The position numbers and the translations under genes are program-made. The notes under the pieces are model-generated. The model saw only the letters and a program-made list of their open reading frames with translations. It searched no databases and had not been told where the DNA came from. This document shows, in pieces, positions 10,200 to 20,933 of a stretch of DNA of 27,799 nt. Position 1 is the first letter of the stretch. Each line of letters starts with the position of its first letter. Source of the DNA: Vicugna vicugna (lineage: Eukaryota); assembly GCA_013265495.1 (NCBI GenBank), contig MU057700.1, positions 713,502 to 741,300 of the forward strand, written 5' to 3'.

Positions 10200-10450
10200 A
10201 GAAAAAAATATCTTGGATCAGATTTAAAAAAGACAATGAAAGAAAGGGGGAAAACAAATAAAACTTAGAACAAGTGGAAACTGTAAGTGCAGTGGAGGAA
10301 ACCAACCTAGATATTTTAGTAATTACAATACATTCAAAAGGACTAAACCTTCTTGTTAAAAGGCAGATATTGTGAATACGGATTTTTCCAAATATAGGTA
10401 TACAGTGTTTGAAAAGTACATATGAAATATAAAAAGAAAGAATGGGCTAC
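10200..10450 (+). mobile_element. Old L1M fragment (start of ORF2/endonuclease region), sense
   Basis: 'agtaattacaatacattcaaaaggactaaaccttcttgttaaaaggcagatattg' resembles the IITLNVNGLN.P.KR.RL coding region. Confidence 0.55.
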
Positions 10451-10502
10451 ATTCCTTTACTGGAATATAAAAAGGAATAATGATATACTTCAAACATTAG
10501 GG

Positions 10503-10930
10503 TAATGTGTCAATTTGTGGTATACAGCACAATGCTTCAGTCATGCATGAACATACATATATTCGTTTTCATATTATTTTTCACCACAGGTTACTGCAAA
10601 GTATTGAATATAGTTCCCTGTGCTATAGAGTATGAACTTGTTGTCCATCTATTTTATATATATTAGTTAATATCTGTTAATCTCGAACTCCCAATTTATC
10701 CCTTCCCACCTCCTTCCCCCACCTGGTAGCCATAAGTTTGTTTTCTATGTCTGAGTCTGTTTCTGTTTTGTAGACAAATTCATTTGTCTTTTTTTTCTTT
10801 AGATTCCACATATAACTGATATCATATGGTATTTTTCTGGTTTGAAAATTTTCTTTTGTATTAGCTTGGTTTCTTTTTGGTTCTTGTGACTCTATTGTAT
10901 GCTTTTGATTTGTGGTTACCTTGTCATAAT
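10503..10930 (-). mobile_element. Young camelid L1 3'UTR fused to an L1 inter-ORF segment
   Basis: 10503-10835 is the antisense 3'UTR ('aatgtgtcaatttgtggtatacagcac', 'gattccacatataactgatatcatatggtatt'). 10836-10925 is inter-ORF-like ('ggtaaccacaaatcaaaagcatacaatagagtcacaagaacc' on the minus strand). Confidence 0.8.
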
Positions 10931-11312
10931 TTCTTATAATTAAAAAGTAAAATAAAAATTTCCCTTGGACAAACAAAGAGAATATTGATTTATATTTTTA
11001 AATTGAGTGAAACTAATTTTATCTTTCAGTTTCCACATGGGTGATTTGGTCTCATTTATAAATCTAAGAAACATGAGACTGTTGTGATCTTATTTTAATA
11101 TATTTTGAAATGTTTTGCTACTTTATCACCCTAGCAATTATTCCAACACTACTCATCACTTATGTTCAACAGTGCTAAAATACACTAAAATATAAGAAAA
11201 TAGAAGGATGATAGAATTTCTTAGAAGGACAATGAAAGTGAAGTAAATCTTCACCATTTATATCATCCTTCAGTTTTCTTAGTGGGTTCCTTGGAATACT
11301 GCATCAGTTGTG

Positions 11313-11358
11313 CACTTCTTTCATACCTTCATGACAAGGACAAGGTATGAAAGAAGTG
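11313..11358. repeat. Perfect 17-bp inverted repeat with a 12-nt spacer
   Basis: cacttctttcatacctt (11313-11329) is the exact reverse complement of aaggtatgaaagaagtg (11342-11358). Confidence 0.97.
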
Positions 11359-12074
11359 TGGAGACACCTTGTATGTTCTTTCTTTCTTTCTTTTTCTATC
11401 TTTTAGCTTTTATTGACTATGATTGAGTCTCAGAATTTTTATTTTCTGCCTTTAACTGCAAAGAGCAGAAAATTGGCATAAGAAGAATTTCACAATTATT
11501 AGACGAATCAGTTGAGTGTAAAGAGATAGGTAGAAGCACTCTGGACTCTAATGACGATGGATAATTGATTGTATAAGTGAAGTTCTGTAAGTTTTAGATG
11601 ATTATATGCTAGAGAAATAAAGATGTGCATCTGACGCTGTTATAAGAATAGCCTGAATATGTACTTCATTTTGACACTACTATTCATTGTGAATCCCAAT
11701 AAGAATGCAAATATAGCCTAGGTAATAGAGTTTTCCTTTTATCTGTGATGGAAGTGAGTGCTTTCTGGAATTTAATTTGGTGGTGTTATGTGGAATAGAA
11801 GAGAGAGGGATGAGGTTGTAGGCTTGTATGTTAGTGAGGCTCTTGCTTCAGGTGAATTTTCCAGATCTAATTGCTCCTTCATATCTCCTCTCACCATCAT
11901 TGTCTATTAATTTTCCTTGTGATTCTACTTACTATTTGTTGAGTTGTTGGGCTGATTCTGTTCCTGTGAGGTTCCCCATCCCAGGATTAAGCAGTCATTC
12001 AAACATTTTAAAAATTTATTTGTTGTGCTTATTTCAAATTCTCTGCTCTATCTACTTTTGAATGTCACATTTAA

Positions 12075-12172
12075 AAAAACTGAGATGTTAATTGACATAT
12101 AACATTTGAGTGTCAGGTATACAACGTAAGGTTCTGTATTGGCATATATTGCAAAATGCTGACCACAATAAA
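12075..12172 (-). mobile_element. Short L1MA-type 3' end
   Basis: 'tgagatgttaattgacatataacatt...tcaggtatacaac...atatattgcaaaatg..gaccacaataa'. Confidence 0.65.
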
Positions 12173-12376
12173 CATTTTTGAAGTGCCAGGTTATCATGTT
12201 TTGTTGCCAGATTCCCCATTTTCCAGTACTGCAAGTTATTTATTTATTTTTCAAACCTAGAGGAGCAAGGCAGCATGCCCTTGGGATTACTTTCACAGCA
12301 AAAGACTGGGCTAGAATAAGACATGAGGATGTCTTCTTTTCATAAGAAATATGTTAACATTTATAAACTATGGTAA

Positions 12377-12565
<189 letters not shown>

Positions 12566-12706
12566 TAATGAGTTTGAATTCTGATTTAGAATTAATTCTT
12601 AGTATTAGAAACTCCTTTGTAAGGACGCTTGACAAATTTAATGCACATGGGAGATTATTCCTCTGTACAAAGCACAAGAATTCTCATTCCAGAAAGAAAA
12701 ATTTTT

Positions 12707-12839
12707 AAATTTTTTAATTTTTTGGTGGGGACAGGTAATTAGGTTTGCTTGTTTATTTTTAGAGGAGGTACTGGGGATTGGACCCAGGACCTTGTGGATG
12801 CTAAGCATGTGCTCTACCAGTTGAGCTGTACCCTTTCTC
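12707..12839 (-). mobile_element. Camelid tRNA-derived SINE (long-tail form) inserted into the former coding exon
   Basis: 'ggtaattaggttt...agaggaggtactggggattggacccaggaccttgtggatgctaagcatgtgctctaccagttgagctgtaccc'. TSD ccagaaagaaaaattttt (12689-12706) / ccagagagaaatttttt (12840-12856). Confidence 0.93.
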
Positions 12840-12889
12840 CCAGAGAGAAATTTTTTGAGTGTGATAGAAATAGAAAAACCATCAGTTAA

Positions 12890-13195
<306 letters not shown>

Positions 13196-13230
13196 TGAGT
13201 GTGCTGACAGAACAGTCTCAGCAAGAAGTC

Positions 13231-13347
13231 ACTCTTTCAGCGATTTTGTAAAGGAGAGTCTATTGTATGTATTTACGTGCAATGTAATGTGTGTGTGCAG
13301 TCAAACTGTAATAATTCTACCTAATAAAACTGAAAAGGAAAAAAAAA
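13231..13347 (+). mobile_element. Short 5'-truncated polyadenylated retroposed fragment (L1 3' end or mRNA 3' end, source unidentified)
   Basis: Non-ZNF sequence ending in AATAAA (13323-13328) and an A-rich tail (13333-13347). Weak TSD aagaagtc (13223-13230) / aaaaagcc (13343-13350). Confidence 0.5.
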
Positions 13348-15180
13348 GCCTTCACCTTCTTGTTGGACTCATTGTGTAGCAGAACAGCCTGCTATGAGGT
13401 TGGGGGGCCCAGTAAATATGAGAAGTCTTTTGCCCAGAAGTGACATTTCACTGAATAGCAAAAAATTGATAATTTGATAACTTTATCAGTATTTTGAAGA
13501 TGTTACAAAGTCCAAAAGAATTTAAAAAGTGAAAAAAAAGAGGCCTTTTCTTTTGCAGAATATGTGTAAGTATGCTATATAAGAGAAACTGCATGATTTG
13601 TTTATTGGAAACCAACATTATAGTAGGAAGTATATATTTGCTTAATAACATAAAATTTTTATTTCATAATTTTAATATGAAATACATAAGGTGTCCCATG
13701 CTTAGTACCTATGTGATTTTTTTGGTTTTAATTGAAATTCTTATTGAGATAATTGTAAGTTGTAAGATGCAGTTGTAAGAAGTGATACAGAGAGACCCTG
13801 TATACCCAGTTTCCTCCAGTGGTAACATCTTACAGAACTGTAGTTCAGATATCAGCCGGGATAATGACATTATTGATAGAATCCACTGATAAGTACAGTT
13901 TCTCAATTTTATTTATACTCTTTTATGTGTATGTATATTTAGCTCTGTGCAATTTTATCTCATGGGCAGGTTCATGTATGCACCACTGACTGTGGTCTCC
14001 ACCGCCACAGTCAGGATGCGGAACAGTTCCCTCACCATAAGGATTCTGTGTGTGCTCTGTTATAACCACATCCACTGCCCTTCAGTATCTCCCTTACTCT
14101 TTCTGCCAACTGATAATGCGTTCTACATTTGTAAAATATTGTCATTAAAATGTTATATGAATGGAATTATATAATAGGTAACCTCTTCTAATTGATTTTT
14201 TTCACAGTATAATTTCCTGAAGAGTCATTCATCCACATTTTTGTGTTTATCAACAGTTTATTCTTTTTTATTGCTTTTTTAATGCTATTCCAAGGTGTGG
14301 ATGTACCAAAGTTAGTCCACCCATTCACCTGGGCTGTTTCCAGTTTTGGGCTAATGAATAAAACTACTATGAATGTTTGTGTAGAATTGTTGTTTTTGTT
14401 TGTTTGTTTGTTTGTTTTATGAATAGAAGTTTTTACTTCTTCGGGATAAATGCCAAAGAGGATAGTTGCTACGTGGTATGGTAGTTGCACGTTCAGTTTT
14501 TCATGAATCTGACAAACTGTTTCTTTCTAGAGTGCCTGTGTTATTTTATGTTCCCACTTGCAGTATATGAGTGACCCACTTTTTCTACATCCTCACCAGC
14601 AATTGGTTTGTCACTATTTAAAAACTTTTTTTTATTTTGGCCATTCTGATTGGTGTGCAGTGTAGGTCACTGTGGTTTTAACCTGCACCTCTCTGAGGAT
14701 AATGTTGAACATCTTTCCATGTGCATATTTGCCATCTATATATTGTCTTCAAAGAAATGTCTATTCCTGTCTTTTGCCCATTTTTAAGTTGGATTATATT
14801 CTGACTATTGAATTTTGCGTGTTCTTTATATTTTCTAGATTCTAGTCTTTTGTCAGACATGTGTCTGCAAATGCTGTTTCTTAGTCTGTAGCTTGTCTTT
14901 TCATTCTCTTTACATGGCCTTTCACAGAATGAACATTTTTAATTTTTATGGGGTCTGGTTTATTGATAGGAATTGTATTAAATCTGAGTATCAATCTGGG
15001 AAGAATTGATCTATTTTTTAATTATATTGGGTTTTCTAATCTATGAACATGGTGCATCTCTTTATTTATTTAGGTCTTTGATTTCTTTCATCAGTGTTTT
15101 ATAATTTTTGGCATGCATATCCTGTACATGTTTTATTAAGTGTATACCTAGGTATTTAATTTTCTTGGGAGTTATTGTAA

Positions 15181-15308
15181 TTTATTTATTTATTAAAAAA
15201 TTTAGGGGGGTAATTGGGTTTATTTGTTTATAATGGAAATACTGGGGACTGAACCCAGGACCTTATGCATGCTATGCAGGCACTCTTCCACTGAGCTATA
15301 CCCTCCTT
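15181..15308 (-). mobile_element. Camelid tRNA-derived SINE (long-tail form)
   Basis: 'atactggggactgaacccaggaccttatgcatgctatgcaggcactcttccactgagctataccctcc'. Degenerate TSD agttattgtaa (15170-15180) / agctattctaa (15311-15321). Confidence 0.9.
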
Positions 15309-15739
15309 ACAGCTATTCTAAATGGTATGTGTTTTAAGTTTTGGTTTCTGAATGTTTATTGTTGATTTATAGAAATGTGGTCGATTTTTCTTTGTTTTTC
15401 TTGTACTCTGATCTTGCTGAACTCACATTATTAATAGGAATTCTCTCTCACTCTCTCTCTCTTTTGGTAGATTTCTTTGGATTTTGTTTGCAGACTATCC
15501 TGTTATTTGCAAATGAGATAATTTTATTCCTTCCTTTCTACTCTGTAGGCTTTTTCCCCCATTTGCTCATTGTAGTGGCTAGAACTTCCAATACTATGCT
15601 GACTGAGAGTGGTGAGAGTAGACATCTTTGCTTGTTCCTGATCTTAGGGGAAAAGCATTCATTCTTTCCACATTAAGTATGCTTTTAGCTGTAGATTTTT
15701 AAAATAGATTCTCTTTATCAGGTTGGGGTAATTTCATTC

Positions 15740-15900
15740 TCTTTTGGGCATCCCCAAGACCTCCCCTAGGTTTGGTGACTGGCTTGGAGGACTAATAGGA
15801 CTCAGCAAATCCAGGTGCTACCAGCCCCAGTCCAGCCTTGCAAGCAGGCCTTCCTAAGGATATTAGTCTCAGGCTGGCTATGTTAACACTTTTCTGTACA
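15740..15900 (-). mobile_element. MER21B-like LTR with both termini and a large internal deletion
   Basis: One end 'tccccaagacctcccctaggtttggtgactggcttggaggacta'. Other end 'ccttgcaagcaggccttcctaaggatattagtctcaggctggctatgttaacacttttctgtaca' (reverse complement of TGTGCAGAAAAGAGTTAACATAGC...). Confidence 0.8.
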
Positions 15901-16839
15901 CTTTCTATTCCTGACTTGCCCAGTGTTTGCCCAGGTGTTGGATTTTGTTAAATGGTTTTCTGCATTTTATATGATCCTATGATTTTTCTTCATTACCCTA
16001 TTTATATGATGGATTGATTACATTATGAGCTTTGTAATGTTTAACCAACCTTACAATTTGGAATAAGTCCCTCTTGGTCATGGTGTATACTTTTTATACA
16101 TTGTTGGATTTGGCTCACTACTATCATGTTATAGATTTCTGTGTGTAAGTTCATGAGAGGTGCTGGTCTGTAGTTTTCTTTTTCTGCACTATATCAGGCT
16201 AATATTAATCTCACAGAATGAATTAAAGTGTTCTTCTTCTGTTTTTTGGCAGAGAATTCCAACTGGTGTTAATTATCCTGTCCTGTTCAGTCTGCGGGAA
16301 TGAATGAACCTACATGAACTTGCTTCTGTTGCTAGGTTGGGGGTGACAACACCGGGCCTGAATTACTATCTAATTTTGCACGTGGGGATATAAGACGCCG
16401 CGCCCTGTTGTTCTGTCAGTCCTATGGCCCAAACCAGTTTGCCTTCTTGCTACCTTTGAGAGTTTTCCTTTGGTTGTTTCTTGGAGTTTATAATTGTACT
16501 TAGAAATGAGTGTATGCCATCTTGCCTGGACTGTAAATAGTGTTTTTATAGTTTAAAAACACAATGTATACTTAAAATATTTCTGAGATTTAAATTACTG
16601 TATAAAAATATTTGTATTTGTACTCTTGGCATATACAAATAGGTATGACTGTTTTTTACTAAACTCTTCAATTTAAAAAAAATCAGTCTGTGTTTTTGTA
16701 AATATTCCAATTAATTTAGCATCAGTCTCATAGAATAATAAAGTGTGCAAAGGTTAGGTACAAAATTATTAATAGGAATTTGTCCTATTAATTTATCCTT
16801 TTGAAGGAATAAATCCTATGGACTTGTACTTCTGCCAGA

Positions 16840-18990
16840 AACTAGAAAACTGTAAGTATATGGAAGAAGCAGAAAACTAGCTGGCTGTGCATGTGAAGGT
16901 GAAGAGCCATGGAGCTGGGCGAGCAATACATGCTGAGAGAAGAACAATTTCTGAGAAGCTCTAAGCTGAAACATTTCCATAGTTTGGGAAGAGTTGGAAA
17001 GTCATTCCAGTTCTCACCAGCCAATGCTGAGAGATCTCTGAATACATGAATATTTAGTAGATACCACAAATAGATCATGCCTCTTTTATGGATTTCTAGA
17101 GCTGTGGAGGAAGGGCTGTCTAGATCACCTCTACAAAAGCTTAAACGCTGAAAGAATTAAACTATCTATAAATGATTGTTTAGAGGCCAAGTTAAAAAAA
17201 AGCATTAATAATAAACCCCAGCATTCAACAATATAATCACAATGACTGGCATGCAGTATGATATTACTGAGATTACAAGAAAACTGTGAACTAAACCACA
17301 AGAATAATCAGCCAATAGAAGCAGACTCATAACTGACAGAAAAGGACTTTAAAATAGTTATCAGTCACTTAAAATATATTCAAGTTTGTAATGAGGGTGA
17401 TTGAAGATATTAAAAAGATCCAGTGGAATTCCAGAGATGAAAAATACATTGGATGAGATTACACTGCAGAAAAGAGGTTCAATGAGCTTGAAGGCAGCAA
17501 TAGAAACTCCTAAAATAAAGCACTAAGAAGAAAGAAGTCAAGGGCTAAAACAGAGCTTTAGTGATCTGTGGGACAATAGAATGTGGTCTAACACACAGGT
17601 AAATGGAGTCCCAGGACAGGGATAGGGTGAGGGAGAAAAAATATTTTAAGAACTAATGGCCTCTCAACATCATTGGTTACTAGAGAAATGCAAATCAAAA
17701 CTACAATGAAGCATGGCCTCACACCAGTAAGAATGGCCATCATTAAAAAGTCTGCAAATAGTAAATGCTGGAGAGGGTGTGGAGAAAAAGGTACCCTCCT
17801 ACACTGTAGGTGGGAATGTTAATTGGTGCAGCCACTGTGGAGGACAGTATGGAGGTTCCTTAAAAACCTAAAAATAGACTTATAATCCATCAATCCCACT
17901 CCTGGGCATATATCTGGAGAAAACTATAATTCAAAAAGACACATGCACCCCAGTGTTCACCACAGCACTATTTACAACAGCCAAGACATGGAAACAACCT
18001 AAATATCCATTAACAGATGAATGGATAAACATGTGGTATATATTCAATGGAATATTACTCAGCCATAAAAAAGAATAAAGTGTCATTTGCAGCAACATGG
18101 ATGGATCTGTTGTCATTAAGTGAAGTAAGCCAGAAAGAGAAAGAAAAATACCTTCTGATATCACTTATTGGTGGAATCTTAAAAAAAAAGGAGACACAAA
18201 GGAACTTATTTATAAAACAGAAACAGACTCACAGACATATGGTTAGCAGGAGGGGAAGGGGGTGGGAAGGGACAAATTGGAGGCTTGAAATTTGCAGATA
18301 TTAACTACTGTATATAAAATAGATAAACAGCAAGTTTATACTGTATAGCACAGGGAAACACATTCAACATCTGGTAGTAACCTATAATGAAAAAGTATAT
18401 GAAAAGGAATATATGTATGTATATGTATGACTCAGGCATTATGCTGCACACCAGAAATTGACACAATATTGTAAATTGATTATACTTCAATTTTTAAAAA
18501 GTACAAAAAACAAAAAGCAATGGCCAAAAGCTTTCCAATTTTGATGAAAACTATACACCTGTAGATCTAAGTAGGTCAGTGATATCCTAAGCAGGATAAA
18601 CCAAAAGAAAACCTCCACAAGAGACAGCATGATCAAATTGCTGAAAACCAGTCATAAGGAATAAAAACTTAAAAGCAGTTTGAGAAAACAGACACAGAAC
18701 AAAGATAACAGACGTTCATCTTCAGCAAGCAGAAGACAATAATGCTGAAAGAAAAAAGGTCAACCTAGAATTCTCTACTCAGCAAAAACATCCTTGAAAA
18801 AATGAAGCTGACATGCTTTTTCACATAAACAAAATTTGAGGAAGATTGGAAACAGACCTGTATTATATGACATGTAAAAGGAAGTTTTTCAGAAATATGA
18901 TAAATGATACCAGATGGAAACTTGAATCTACACAACTATCAAATGCTGGAAAAGGTAAATAAATTGATAAATGTAATTTTTTAAAAAGTC
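16840..18990 (+). mobile_element. Old L1M 5'UTR/ORF1 region, sense, interrupted by a young L1
   Basis: A-rich ORF1 relics 'cagagctttagtgatctgtgggacaata', 'ttccaattttgatgaaaactata', 'tcaacctagaattctctactcagcaaaa'. Confidence 0.8.
17662..18511 (+). mobile_element. 5'-truncated young camelid L1 (ORF2 C-terminus, 3'UTR, A-tail)
   Basis: ORF2 end 'MEYYSAIKKN...FAATWMDL' (ORF 18047-18304), 3' end 'caccagaaattgacacaatattgtaaattgattatacttcaat'. TSD aagaactaatggcc (17648-17661) / aaaaagcaatggcc (18512-18525). Confidence 0.95.
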
Positions 18991-19554
18991 TTTCAAAAGT
19001 AATTTGTTCTCTATTTTTATAATTTCATCATTTCAAGAATGTTACATGATTGGAATCATACAATATGTAACATTTTGGGACTGACTTTTTTTTCATTCAG
19101 CATGATTCTCTGGTGAGTCATCAGGTTGCTGTGTGTCATTAGGTCAGTCTCTCCTGTCATTGCTGAGTAGTATCTGTGGTATGGATGTACTGCAGTTTAA
19201 CCCCTCAGCTGTTGAACAACATCTGTTTTTCTTCAGTCTTTGGTGACTGTGAATAAGGTTGCTATAAGCATTTGTATATAGATTTTTGTGTGAATATAAC
19301 TTTTAATTTCTCTGGGATAAATGCCCAGGAGTACAACGCCTTAGTTGTTTTGTAGTTGTATATTTAATTTTTAAAGAAACTGCCAGACTGTTTTCCAGAA
19401 TAACTATCATTTTACATTACCATCAGCAATGTAGGACTGACCTACTTTCTCTATATCCACACCAGCATAAAGCGTTGTCTCTGCTTTCTTTTTCTGGTTA
19501 AATTATTTTTAAACTTACTAGTGATACTGCATTCCTAATAGAAACTATTTCCTT

Positions 19555-20060
19555 TTTTTTAAATAATAAATTTTTTGAGATATAATTAATATATCATAAA
19601 GCTTACCACTTTAAAGTGTTCAGTTCAGTGGTTTTTAGTATATTCATGGGGTTATGCAATCATTACCACTATCTAATTTTAGAACGTTTTCATTGCTCTA
19701 AAAAGAAACTACTAAGTAGCACTCATTTCAGATTCCCTCCTTTGCCGTCACCTCTGGCAACCGCATCCACCTTCTGCCTCTGTAGATTTCCCTATTGTGG
19801 ACATTTCATACAAATGGAAATACACAACATGTGGCCTTTTGTGTCTGCCTTCTTTCACTAAGCATGTTTTCAAGGTTCATTTTGTAGCATGTGTCAGTAC
19901 TTCATTACTTTTTATAGCTGAATAATATTTCATCGTAAGGATGTACTACATCTTATTTATCAATTCATTGGTTTGTGGACATTTGGATTGTTTCCACTTT
20001 TATGGCTATTACCAGTAATTTTGCTGTGAATAACAGTGTACACGTTTTTGTGTGGACTTA
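19555..20060 (-). mobile_element. L1MB-type 3' end nested in the older L1
   Basis: 'ttttgagatataattaatatatcataaagcttaccactttaaagtgttcagttcagtggtttttagtatattca...cattaccactatctaattttagaac'. Confidence 0.85.
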
Positions 20061-20465
20061 GCATTTTTTATTTTAGCCATTATGATAGCTGTGATAGCAC
20101 ATCATTGTTTAGGTTTTCATTTCCCTAATGGCTAATGATGTTGAATATCTTTCCTTCTGCTTATTAGCTATCTATATCTCTTCTTTAGGGAAATCTCTTT
20201 TCATGCCTTCTGACAGTTTTCTAATTGGGTGTTTACTTTTTTATTGTTGACTTTTGAGAGTTCTTTATATAATAGTCTTTTATTAGATATGTGGTTTGCA
20301 AATATTTTCTCCCAGTAGCTTCCTTTTTATTCTAGCTTTATTGTGGCATAATTAACATACCGTACCATAAATACCATAAAATCCACTCTTTTAAAGTGAA
20401 CTTTTGTCTGTATCAGAATAAAATTTTTAATTTTGATGAAGTTCAGTGTATCAGTCTTTTCTATT

Positions 20466-20933
20466 TGTGAATAGAGTTTTCAGATGGAATAGTCACAGTT
20501 CAGGTATATAAAAATGGAGTTGGATGGCCATTGAGGATCTGGTCTCAGAAACATCTCTGTACCACTGAGAACTTGAACTTTCTTTGAACTGTACCACACT
20601 CAAGAACATCTGTATTTAGAACAACACCTGCCGGCTGCAAACTTATGGTCTTTATGTCTCTGCTTGTAACTAGGCAACCATATCTGACCCACCAATTTTT
20701 ACTTGACAAGCATCCTTACCTCTCAGCTCCAATTAATAATTCTTGATAAATAACTCATATAAATAACTGTAACCTTCTGATTTTTGTCTTTGTATGCCAC
20801 CCCCATTTTGCAGTCTGGAGGAACATATCAAGTGCTTCCTAAATCTGTGTCTCCTGGGCTGCAGTCCTAACAAAGCCCAAATAAACACCTTTTTATTTCA
20901 ATCAGATCTTGGCTTCTGAAATTTTGGTTAGCA
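20466..20933 (+). mobile_element. ERV1-class solo LTR (MER34/MER39-like group; family not identified)
   Basis: TG...CA termini. 'aatctgtgtctcctgggctgcagtcctaacaaagcccaaataaac' with a poly(A) signal near 20880 and end 'ttttggttagca', typical of this LTR group. No clear TSD. Confidence 0.75.

Larger units (their letters stand above)
13720..16540 (-). mobile_element. L1MC/L1MD-type LINE, antisense (3'UTR through ORF2, internally deleted)
   Basis: 3' end 'ttgagataattgtaag...atgcagttgtaagaagtgatacagagagaccctgtatacccagtttcctccagtggtaacatctt'. ORF2 remnants in minus-strand ORFs 14188-14490 and 14678-14860. Confidence 0.88.
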
